Notes: a model not told the origin generated them from the letters alone. Numbered from the stretch's first letter, positions 1-7,416 are shown. The stretch: DNA of 64,000 nt from a virus (IMGVR_UViG_3300042261_000033:351-64350), one strand, 5' to 3'. Program-made: numbers and translations.

Positions 1-14
1 GATTTCGTCTTGTG

Positions 15-311
15 TCATTTCAATAGATCCACTTGGTTGATGTGTACTGACAGTCTGCCACCGCCGTTCCATGTGACCATGTAGAACGGGTATTTATATT
101 CATAGCAGCCATCTGCGATCTTGTTGCCAGCTCTGTCTGTCGAGTAGACATAGAAGTTCTTGGGTATTTCTGCGCCAGACTTAACATAAACGCACTTGGA
201 ATAGGTGAAGAAGATCGTCCCACCAAGTTTGTTATTCATGTAAGCCATCTCGTTATCAGCGACTGCGTTGAGCGATGCTGCTGTAAGAGCTACTGCGATT
301 ATTCGTTTCAT
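15..311 (-). CDS. Hypothetical exported protein with signal peptide
   Basis: MKRIIAVALTAASLNAVA signal-peptide-like N-terminus; ATGA overlap with upstream stop. Confidence 0.75.
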   Translation of the reverse strand: MKRIIAVALTAASLNAVADNEMAYMNNKLGGTIFFTYSKCVYVKSGAEIPKNFYVYSTDRAGNKIADGCYEYKYPFYMVTWNGGGRLSVHINQVDLLK

Positions 312-781
312 TTGCAATGCCTCCAGTTTGATTTACTTGTTTCCCATCGGGCATCTGCCCTTATTCTTTTTAATGCTGAGTAAGCATCTGCGTCTTTCTT
401 TGCGCCAACTTCCTCTTTCTTCTCTGCCTGTTGTTTCTTTCCATCAATCGGGTTAAGCAGCGTCTGCATCTTGGTTGCTTTGAGAAGCTTAAGCAGTGCG
501 TCTATCTCAAGGTTGCCGTCCCACAATGCATTACTTAACATCGGCAGATAGCCTGCGATGAATCTTGTAACGCAGGTATGCCACTGGTGTTTTCTTCTTG
601 GTGTTCGCAGTAGTTCATTCATGACATCAAAAGAATCGATCTTGTTCATGTCCATGAAAGACTTAACGCATGTGCGAATAGATGCCTTCGGATATTCATA
701 CCAACCTTTCACAAGGTGTGCATCCCATGCATCCTGCAGGTACTCCATGTGAGCCTGCCGTAACTCTTCTGCAATGTCCAT
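308..781 (-). CDS. Hypothetical protein (start revised to MDIAEEL)
   Basis: GGAGGCTTA RBS at 785-793 directly before ATG at 781; the longer upstream frame runs through structured non-coding sequence. Confidence 0.75.
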   Translation of the reverse strand: MDIAEELRQAHMEYLQDAWDAHLVKGWYEYPKASIRTCVKSFMDMNKIDSFDVMNELLRTPRRKHQWHTCVTRFIAGYLPMLSNALWDGNLEIDALLKLLKATKMQTLLNPIDGKKQQAEKKEEVGAKKDADAYSALKRIRADARWETSKSNWRHCK

Positions 782-799
782 CTGTAAGCCTCCTGTACT

Positions 800-1045
800 G
801 TTATTTTTAATTCTTCCACCCATAGACCCCCCTACCCCATAGGGTAGAGAGGAGAAAGGTGTTCCACCCCCGATAAACGGGTTCGTCATGATAGCGTTAG
901 CCATCCCCTCGGCCTGACGATACGACCAGCCGCACGGATTATTCGGGAACTGCCCCCTAGCCTTTCGGCATACCGTGTAACCCTTTACTCCCACGCCATC
1001 AGGTTGAATGCTTACTATCGTGTGGGGTACGGACGGATTGAGGCA
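800..1045 (-). ncRNA. Candidate structured leader RNA
   Basis: Nested stems 832-837/842-847, 858-861/865-868, 869-872/878-881, 883-888/915-920, 933-937/973-977 and a GAAA-tetraloop hairpin at 960-969. Confidence 0.45.
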
Positions 1046-1047
1046 AA

Positions 1048-1176
1048 TAAAAAACCGCTTAAGTGGAAACCCTGTGTGAGAAGAGGGCGTTCAGATAAAT
1101 ATGCTTGCTGATACTTATCAAAACGTCCAACAGGATTCCCGCTTAAGCGGTCATTCGTTCGGTTCTCACTCCGACA
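1048..1176 (-). promoter_or_regulatory. Attenuator-like long hairpin with U-tract and loop-bulge complementarity
   Basis: Stem 1054-1074/1131-1151 followed by a T-run on the minus strand; bulge 1076-1082 complementary to 1163-1169. Confidence 0.65.
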
Positions 1177-1182
1177 AGAAGC

Positions 1183-1211
1183 AGTGTAGTTCTGCGTTTT
1201 GAGGAAGTCAA
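1183..1211 (-). promoter_or_regulatory. Sigma70-type promoter of the leftward operon
   Basis: TTGACT-17 bp-TACACT. Confidence 0.75.
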
Positions 1212-1220
1212 GAACTTTTT

Positions 1221-1507
1221 AGGGGTGGGCTGGCGTTGACAGTTTTCCCGACTGCAACCTTTTCTCCACAGAATTGATTGAAGCCAGCCCATTGAAGAGG
1301 GAGGGGGCTACCAAATCCATTCCGGTTAAGAATGAATACCCCCATTGGGTGGGGCAGCTAGTTCGCTCAAAAACTATAAACGAGTGTAGTCCCTTTCGGT
1401 TATACAACGTTGGCGCTGCCCCGTAGGTGGGTACTCGCTGCGTCTGGCCGATAGTGCCAACCGGAGTCCCCCAGTCAGCTTCTCAACACAGCATCCGCTT
1501 TCCCCGC
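1221..1507 (-). ncRNA. Array of four stem-closed small RNA cassettes
   Basis: Closing stems 1227-1234/1283-1290, 1303-1307/1339-1343, 1351-1358/1415-1422 and about 1429-1445/1489-1505, each followed by an ACC/UCC 3' tail; directly downstream of a consensus promoter. Confidence 0.6.
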
Positions 1508-1512
1508 TGATG

Positions 1513-1541
1513 ATTATACGAACGTTCCTACTTTAGTGCAA
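1513..1541 (-). promoter_or_regulatory. Sigma70-type promoter driving the small RNA array
   Basis: TTGCAC-17 bp-TATAAT; the spacer contains the palindrome GAACGTTC (1520-1527). Confidence 0.8.
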
Positions 1542-1576
1542 CCTTTAAATCAATGTCTATCAATGCCGGTAAATGG

Positions 1577-1585
1577 TGATACAAT
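1577..1585 (+). promoter_or_regulatory. Extended -10 promoter element for the sRNA
   Basis: TG-A-TACAAT about 6 nt upstream of the first hairpin. Confidence 0.6.
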
Positions 1586-1590
1586 CCGTT

Positions 1591-1665
1591 CGCACTCTCC
1601 GAATTAAGCCTCCGAAGTGTGTCCCCCTAGATAGGGCAGTTCAGTCGAGCTGCCCTATTTTTTTT
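1591..1665 (+). ncRNA. Predicted trans-acting anti-RBS small RNA
   Basis: Stem CGCACT/AGTGTG presents loop AATTAAGCCTCCGA (1602-1615), the reverse complement of the repeated RBS TCGGAGGCTTAATT; ends in an intrinsic terminator. Confidence 0.75.
1631..1665 (+). terminator. Rho-independent terminator
   Basis: ATAGGGCAGT...GCTGCCCTAT hairpin followed by a T8 run. Confidence 0.85.
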
Positions 1666-2018
1666 ACTTCGATTGTGCAACGCGGATTTTCCTTGTCCAG
1701 ATGCCAATAGCAATGGCGTTCTTTTACCTGCCTGTCGTTCATATAGGCCACACCCTGCAGCAGATCAAGGATCAATGACTCATCAAGATCAGGACGGCGA
1801 GACGCGTACCAGATATGCAGCGTTACACACACGTCATCCACGAATGGTTCGTGTCCAAGTTCTTTCGTTTGCTCAATGAATCCCTTGCTGTAGTCCAGTG
1901 CTTTCTTCGACTTGATGAACATGGAACGCCCACCGATACGCACTGCACGGCGACTGTTTGCCTTACTCGCAGGCTCGCCATAGACGGTCAATGAAATAGT
2001 TTGTGATTGTGCTTGCAT
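1641..2018 (-). CDS. rusA: RusA-like Holliday junction resolvase
   Basis: VYGEPASKANS N-terminus, RRPDLD...ILDLLQGVAYMNDRQV acidic motifs, DKENPR C-terminus. Confidence 0.8.
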   Translation of the reverse strand: MQAQSQTISLTVYGEPASKANSRRAVRIGGRSMFIKSKKALDYSKGFIEQTKELGHEPFVDDVCVTLHIWYASRRPDLDESLILDLLQGVAYMNDRQVKERHCYWHLDKENPRCTIEVKKIGQLD

Positions 2019-2041
2019 TGCGAATCCTATAGTGCTATAGT
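2013..2041 (+). promoter_or_regulatory. Sigma70-type promoter of the rightward recombination operon
   Basis: TTGCAT-17 bp-TATAGT with extended TG. Confidence 0.75.
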
Positions 2042-2066
2042 GGTTACTCCAATACGGAGGCTTAGT

Positions 2067-2975
2067 ATGAAAATCACCAACAAGTTCGGAGTTCCCGAGA
2101 CCATTGTTGCCCTTGCTAATCGCGACAGCTACAGCAAAGGCAAGTCTGATTTCTCGGTTACTGAAATCATTTCACCACCACGCATCCAGCTTCTGCGCCG
2201 TAAGCATTACGCTCAGATGGAGACCGATGTATCTGATCTTCTCTGGTCGATGATGGGTACTGCCCTGCACGTTGTAGCAGAACGTTCGCAGGTTGACAAC
2301 CATACGAACGAAGAACGTCTGTTTCTTGAGATCGATGGCGTCGTCCTGTCTGGTGCTATCGACCTGCAGTACGAGGAAGATGGCTGCGTACAGATCACCG
2401 ACTACAAGTTCACGTCTGCTTGGTCTGTCATGAATGACAAGCCTGAGTGGGAGATCCAGCAGAACATCTATGCTTGGATGGTCAGCAAGGTTAAGGGCAA
2501 GCATGTTAATAGCGTTCGCATCTGCGCGTTGATCCGTGATTGGAATCGCCGTGAAGCGCAGCGCAAACAGGACTACCCACAAGCCCCGATCCAGATCGTT
2601 AACCTGCGTCTGTGGACGCCTGAAGAGACTGAGGAATATGTTCGCAGTCGCCTTGAGCTGCACCGCGTTGCCAAGGTTCTTAGTGATTGGGGTGACGAGC
2701 TGCCTGAGTGTACCGAGGAAGACAAGTGGATTCGGGAAACCAAGTATGCAGTCAAGAAGGCAGGCCGTAAGACTGCCGTTCGGGTGTTCGACTCAGAGGC
2801 AGAGGCCAAAGAGTTTATGAACGGCATGATTGAGAAGGACAAAGGATTTATTGAAGTCCGCAAGGGCGAGCCAGTACGTTGTACCGGCAACTTCTGCGGC
2901 GTTAACCAGTGGTGCAGTCAGTACCAAACTTACCTTAAGGAGCAAGAAAATGTCGGTATACAAGAAGCTGAGTGA
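2067..2975 (+). CDS. PD-(D/E)XK (Cas4/RecB-like) exonuclease
   Basis: GTALH, LSGAIDL, ITDYK and QQNIY motifs, C-terminal Cys cluster; GGAGGCTTA RBS before ATG 2067. Confidence 0.85.
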   Translation: MKITNKFGVPETIVALANRDSYSKGKSDFSVTEIISPPRIQLLRRKHYAQMETDVSDLLWSMMGTALHVVAERSQVDNHTNEERLFLEIDGVVLSGAIDLQYEEDGCVQITDYKFTSAWSVMNDKPEWEIQQNIYAWMVSKVKGKHVNSVRICALIRDWNRREAQRKQDYPQAPIQIVNLRLWTPEETEEYVRSRLELHRVAKVLSDWGDELPECTEEDKWIRETKYAVKKAGRKTAVRVFDSEAEAKEFMNGMIEKDKGFIEVRKGEPVRCTGNFCGVNQWCSQYQTYLKEQENVGIQEAE

Positions 2976-3603
2976 AGCCCGTGTGGCATTCCTGAAAGCG
3001 CCAGTCAAGAAGTCTGGCAAGAACAAGTTCGCAGGCTACGAGTACTTTGAGCTTGGCGACTTCATCCCAACAGTTCTTGGCATCCTTGATGGCCACGGCC
3101 TGTGCGGCATCGTCCACTTCGACAAGGAGATGGGCTATCTGGATATCGTTGACAGCGAGAGCGGCGAGAAGGTTTCGTTCACCACGCCAATGGTGTTCGC
3201 ATCCAATCCAAAAGGTCAGGCTATTCAAGACCTCGGTTCGACACACACATACATTCGCCGTTATCTGTGGCTGATGGCTATGGAAATTGTCGAGCATGAC
3301 GCAGTTGATAACCAAGCCCCTAGTGAAACCCCTAAGCCTGCAGTTCCAGCCGCTCCTGCGCCCACGGCGCAAGCCGTAGAGCCATCTGTAGCTGAAGTTC
3401 TTCAGCCATCTTCAATGGAGCAGGAGTTCCTTGTTGAGAAGCTGACCGAACTAGCCACTGTCATGCAGACAGAGAAAGAACTTACCGACCTGTGGAAGGC
3501 TAACCAGAAGCAGATCGATGGTCTCAAGACTAGCAACACCAAGCTGTTCAGTACCCTCAAGGCAAACTTTGCCGAAATCAAGTCCAACATCAAAGGAGCA
3601 TAA
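2950..3603 (+). CDS. erf: ERF-family ssDNA annealing protein
   Basis: KSGKNKFAGYEYFELGD and GSTHTYIRRY motifs; paired with the exonuclease. Confidence 0.85.
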   Translation: MSVYKKLSEARVAFLKAPVKKSGKNKFAGYEYFELGDFIPTVLGILDGHGLCGIVHFDKEMGYLDIVDSESGEKVSFTTPMVFASNPKGQAIQDLGSTHTYIRRYLWLMAMEIVEHDAVDNQAPSETPKPAVPAAPAPTAQAVEPSVAEVLQPSSMEQEFLVEKLTELATVMQTEKELTDLWKANQKQIDGLKTSNTKLFSTLKANFAEIKSNIKGA

Positions 3604-3605
3604 GC

Positions 3606-3896
3606 ATGAACTACGACAAGCCATATCAACCACGTCCTAACTCTGGCTCACTGTTTGCCAAGAAGTCGAAGGCCAAGCCAACATCGCCAGATTACTTCGG
3701 TGACATCCTGATCAAGGTGTCTGACTATCAGATCATCAACGGAGAGATAAAGGTCAGCCTGTCTGGCTGGAAGAAGGTCTCTGCTACAGGCAAACAGTTC
3801 CTGTCGCTGGCAGCGTCAGCTCCTCGCGATGAGCAGATTCCGCAGAACAACTACAACCAGCCGTCGCCGGTTGATGACGATTCGTGTCCGTTCTAA
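3606..3896 (+). CDS. ssDNA-binding-like protein (DUF736-like)
   Basis: SGSLF...PDYFG...SGWKK core and acidic DDDSCPF tail. Confidence 0.7.
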   Translation: MNYDKPYQPRPNSGSLFAKKSKAKPTSPDYFGDILIKVSDYQIINGEIKVSLSGWKKVSATGKQFLSLAASAPRDEQIPQNNYNQPSPVDDDSCPF

Positions 3897-3898
3897 TC

Positions 3899-4093
3899 AT
3901 GATCGACAGAGACAAACTTGAGTACTTCACGATGGCCGCGTGGTTGCGCGGCTACGCTGAAGGGAACGACCAGAACGACATGGTTTCACCAGCTATCACC
4001 AAGAAGATTAAACGGGCTGCTGAAATGCTGGATTTTGTTTTTAACAATGAAGTAAATCACGGAGGTTCAGATGACACTCAGCAAGAATGGTAA
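3899..4093 (+). CDS. Hypothetical protein
   Basis: ORF in a tightly packed operon. Confidence 0.6.
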   Translation: MIDRDKLEYFTMAAWLRGYAEGNDQNDMVSPAITKKIKRAAEMLDFVFNNEVNHGGSDDTQQEW

Positions 4094-4394
4094 GCGCATG
4101 GGACGCCCAGCGGGTTCTAAAAACAAACCCAAAGGCGTTGTGAATGACCGCATTAACAATCAAAGCAAGTTGATCGCAGAACTGAATCGTCAACTGCAGG
4201 CCAAGTCGCAGGAATGTTCTATGCAGAACATGTCTGCTGAAATTCTTGCAGAAAAGCTTGATGAGGTTCGGGATTCGAATGATGACCTGCGTCGTCAATT
4301 GGCTGAAGCGCAGATCGCTGTTCTGGATGGCGTGGCTGTAATCCGTTATCTGGAAAAGAAGGTCTATGACCTAGTCAAGGCTGAAGCAAAATGA
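4071..4394 (+). CDS. AT-hook-like / coiled-coil protein
   Basis: GRPAGSKNKPK motif followed by a heptad-rich segment; GGAGG RBS. Confidence 0.7.
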   Translation: MTLSKNGKRMGRPAGSKNKPKGVVNDRINNQSKLIAELNRQLQAKSQECSMQNMSAEILAEKLDEVRDSNDDLRRQLAEAQIAVLDGVAVIRYLEKKVYDLVKAEAK

Positions 4395-4783
4395 ATGCCC
4401 TTCAGTTCGAAGCCGTTAAGGTTGCGCTTAAGCAAGACAAGACAGGCTTTGTGCTGACGCTGAATATCCACCCTGACGAAATCCCAGAAGAGCTTCTGCG
4501 TGATTTTGTTGGGGCGAGATATGGCGTTGCAATGGTTCGTATCCTTGAAGACGAGTCTGTTGTCGATTACAAGAACCGCGTTAAGCAGGCTGGCATCTTG
4601 TGCAAGACAAAGGACTTTCAGGATTGGCTGTTTGTTGACAGCGAAGCTGCTGCAATCAAGAAGCTATACGAGCGTTGCAACATCAGCTCACGCACTGAGC
4701 TAAATGGCAACAAAGAAGCAATTGAAAAATACGAGGTAATGATCAATGAATACGAGAGCTGGAAAGAGGCAGGCTCGTTCTAA
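4391..4783 (+). CDS. Hypothetical phage protein
   Basis: ATGA overlap with upstream gene; CNISSRTEL motif. Confidence 0.7.
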   Translation: MNALQFEAVKVALKQDKTGFVLTLNIHPDEIPEELLRDFVGARYGVAMVRILEDESVVDYKNRVKQAGILCKTKDFQDWLFVDSEAAAIKKLYERCNISSRTELNGNKEAIEKYEVMINEYESWKEAGSF

Positions 4784-5105
4784 GGAGAAGCTTCAGGGCG
4801 TGATGGTCTACATTCCCGTGGATCTGAATGTTCGCCTGTCGAAGTACTCCGAGGAATGGCGTGTATCGAAGTCAAGCATTGTGCGTGACGGCATTGAGAG
4901 TCGCATCTCTCACGGCGTTGAAGACCCGTACATCAAAGGGTTCAACAGCGGTCTGGAAGAAGCTGTTCGCATCTGTAAGGAAATTGCTCTGATGAAGATG
5001 ATGTATCCATCTGGCACGCCAGTCTGGAAAAACTTTGAAGAGCAGGTAATGGCTGTAAAGAAAGATGTACTGAAGGTTAAGGTTGAGTCTCCTTGGGAGG
5101 AATGA
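4746..5105 (+). CDS. Ribbon-helix-helix-like DNA-binding protein
   Basis: VMVYIPVDLNVRLSKYSEEWRVSKSSIVRDGI fits the RHH pattern. Confidence 0.6.
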   Translation: MNTRAGKRQARSKEKLQGVMVYIPVDLNVRLSKYSEEWRVSKSSIVRDGIESRISHGVEDPYIKGFNSGLEEAVRICKEIALMKMMYPSGTPVWKNFEEQVMAVKKDVLKVKVESPWEE

Positions 5106-5281
5106 TGGAAGACAAAGACCTTAGAGACTTCTTTGCCGCTATGGCCATGATTGGTTTGATCATGCGCAATGGCGTGCTGGAGGAGATTGGCGACCTGTCG
5201 TACGAACAGGCTGACAAGTTAATGGCAACAAGAAATGGTTTAAACGAAGGTGGCATTGTCGCCATCAAACGCAAGAAGTAA
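5102..5281 (+). CDS. Small hypothetical phage protein
   Basis: LRDFFAAMAMIGLI motif; GGAGG RBS. Confidence 0.7.
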   Translation: MMEDKDLRDFFAAMAMIGLIMRNGVLEEIGDLSYEQADKLMATRNGLNEGGIVAIKRKK

Positions 5282-5300
5282 ACACAACTGGAGGCTTATC

Positions 5301-5450
5301 ATGAAGGCAATTATTTTTACGATGCTCACAATCATCGCCACTGCAGCTTACGCAAACTGCACCACACAAACGTTCACCGGCCCGAATGGCATGCAGGTCT
5401 GCACGACTTGCTGCTACGCAGGCGCTGGCTGCACAACCACTTGTATGTAA
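5301..5450 (+). CDS. Small secreted cysteine-rich protein
   Basis: Signal peptide followed by a ~32-aa mature region with 6 Cys; GGAGGCTTA RBS. Confidence 0.7.
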   Translation: MKAIIFTMLTIIATAAYANCTTQTFTGPNGMQVCTTCCYAGAGCTTTCM

Positions 5451-5460
5451 GGAGATAGTC

Positions 5461-5655
5461 ATGACTATGGTTGACGTCATTATGGATCTATTCCGCAAGG
5501 CAGAGACGCCAAGCGTTGAACTACTGGCTCAGATGGATGGCATGGCTGAGCGTAACGCTGCACGAATTCAAGCTATCAAAGATGAGATGGGTGAGAAATG
5601 GATCTTGCACCCAACCCATAAGAAGTCCCGTTTACAAGATCCGCGACCCGTTTAA
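5461..5655 (+). CDS. Hypothetical protein
   Basis: AAGGAG RBS before ATG 5461. Confidence 0.65.
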   Translation: MTMVDVIMDLFRKAETPSVELLAQMDGMAERNAARIQAIKDEMGEKWILHPTHKKSRLQDPRPV

Positions 5656-5667
5656 TTGGAGGCTTAT

Positions 5668-6018
5668 ATGTCAGTAGATACTTTGGCAGTAAAGAAAGCA
5701 ATTGCATTGCTTGACGCAGCAAAGGCTCAGTACAAAATCATTATTGAAGATGGTACTGAATTTGGAGAACTGGAGGTGTCCGCAAAAAAGCCGAAGAAGG
5801 AGCGCCTGTATCCGTACGGGGCGCTGACAGCTCACTTCGCTCCGTATATAAAAGACTTGCCGATTGGTGGAAAAGCGCAAATTCCGGTCGGGGACTTTGA
5901 CCTTAAGTCTATTCGCACTGCGCTAACAGGCTATTGCTCGAAGGAATGGGGTAACGAAACTTATCTCTCTTCGATCAACAGAGAGACCAACACGGTAGAT
6001 ATAATTCGATTTTTCTAA
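5668..6018 (+). CDS. Hypothetical protein
   Basis: GGAGGCTTA RBS before ATG 5668. Confidence 0.7.
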   Translation: MSVDTLAVKKAIALLDAAKAQYKIIIEDGTEFGELEVSAKKPKKERLYPYGALTAHFAPYIKDLPIGGKAQIPVGDFDLKSIRTALTGYCSKEWGNETYLSSINRETNTVDIIRFF

Positions 6019-6028
6019 TAGGAACGAT

Positions 6029-6802
6029 ATGACAGAAGAAAAACGCAACAGTGTATTCATTGCCACGCCAATGTATGGTGGCCTGTGCAATGGCCTGTAC
6101 ACAATGGGCATGATGCAAGCATCTCAGGTGTTCGCAACCAACAACACCCTGATGTACTTTGCATTCACGCAGAACGAGTCTTTGATCACCCGTGGTCGCA
6201 ACTCTCTTGCCAATGATTTTCTTGGCACTGACTGCACCCACCTGATGTTCATCGATGCTGACATTGGCTTCAATCCGAACGATATCATTCACATGATTGC
6301 TGCAGACAAAGATATTATCTGCGGCATTTATCCAAAGAAAGAGATCGATTGGTGCCGCGTTAAGGAAGCTGTTGAACATGGCGTTGAAGCTAACGAGCTG
6401 CATGATCACACCGGTTCTTTTGTGGTTAACTTTGCCGGCGGCGCTAAGTCGGTAGATGTAAAGCTCAACACCCCGTTTGAGATTGAGAACGGCGGCACAG
6501 GCTTCATGCTGATCAAGCGTAGCGTGTTTGAAGGTCTGGCTGACAAGGTGCCAGAGTACAAGAGCGATATGTTCACGGCAGTGCAAGCTGAAGATCCAAA
6601 CTTCAAGCCGCCAATGATCAAGGAGTTCTTTGCCACCAGCATCTGCGAAGAGTCAGGCAATCGTCTGCTGTCTGAGGATTACCATTTCTGCAAGATCGCC
6701 CGTAAGAATGGCATTCAGATATGGGCTGCGCCTTGGGTTCAGCTGACCCACTGCGGCACATACAATTTCTCTGGTCAGCTGGCTAGAGCGGCAGTAAAAT
6801 AA
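6029..6802 (+). CDS. GT-A fold glycosyltransferase-like protein
   Basis: VFIATPMYGG, ESLITRGRN, FIDADI (DxD), GTGFMLIKR and SEDYHFC motifs. Confidence 0.85.
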   Translation: MTEEKRNSVFIATPMYGGLCNGLYTMGMMQASQVFATNNTLMYFAFTQNESLITRGRNSLANDFLGTDCTHLMFIDADIGFNPNDIIHMIAADKDIICGIYPKKEIDWCRVKEAVEHGVEANELHDHTGSFVVNFAGGAKSVDVKLNTPFEIENGGTGFMLIKRSVFEGLADKVPEYKSDMFTAVQAEDPNFKPPMIKEFFATSICEESGNRLLSEDYHFCKIARKNGIQIWAAPWVQLTHCGTYNFSGQLARAAVK

Positions 6803-6806
6803 ATTT

Positions 6807-6945
6807 GGGGGTGATTCATAAAGTGCGTGTTAGTAGCCCTGTAGATGCAAACGCATGCATTCTCCAATCAGCACCCCCTTAGTTGATAGCGCTGATTGGT
6901 TCCGGTAGCCAGACGAGGGGCTGGCAATCTACATATCCCCTCAAC
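6807..6945 (+). ncRNA. Candidate structured intergenic RNA
   Basis: Stems 6807-6813/6872-6878, 6864-6872/6891-6899, 6908-6912/6921-6925 and pseudoknot 6915-6920/6937-6942. Confidence 0.4.
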
Positions 6946-6963
6946 CCACCCACAGGAGGCTAA

Positions 6964-7341
6964 ATGATTAGACGCAAAACGCACGCAATCATCGCTCAGA
7001 GCGTTGATTTACTCAATTCCTTACTTGGGTATTCCCAACATATTCCAGACGCTCCTGTGACGCGTATACATCGTTTAAATGACAAGCCTGCGCCAAAGTC
7101 TTCACCGTCCCAGAAAGCCGAGTACCCGAACTACAAGAATGCAGTGCTTGATTTCATACTGCGAAATCCTCGCTGCGGTGCAAAAGAAATTTCTGCTGGC
7201 TTAAGTATTCCGCACGCATCGGTTCAGACTATCCTTACGAAAGCAGCCATCAGTAAAGATGTGTTGCGTCAGGCGCTACATGAGAAGCGCGGATGCCGAC
7301 CAATTTATGTGTACTGGATAGATGATGAAAGACCTAAGTGA
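6964..7341 (+). CDS. Winged-HTH-like DNA-binding protein
   Basis: VLDFILRNPRCGAKEISAGLSIPHASVQTIL resembles an HTH; GGAGGCT RBS. Confidence 0.6.
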   Translation: MIRRKTHAIIAQSVDLLNSLLGYSQHIPDAPVTRIHRLNDKPAPKSSPSQKAEYPNYKNAVLDFILRNPRCGAKEISAGLSIPHASVQTILTKAAISKDVLRQALHEKRGCRPIYVYWIDDERPK

Positions 7342-7416
7342 CGAGAAAATCGCAGAGATTTGGCACCAGTCTGGTGGCCATCTTTATAAGTTCGCTAAGT
7401 TACTAAGAGATTACCT

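Noticed and set aside
782-994. N-terminal extension of the 228-aa ORF
   Set aside because: No RBS at the upstream start, it overlaps stem-rich sequence, and a strong RBS precedes ATG 781
1221-1507. tRNA genes or a CRISPR mini-array
   Set aside because: No TTC T-loop or anticodon cloverleaf, and no identical direct repeats
2067-2975. Cas4 as part of a CRISPR system
   Set aside because: No array or other cas genes; the ERF neighbour indicates a recombination exonuclease
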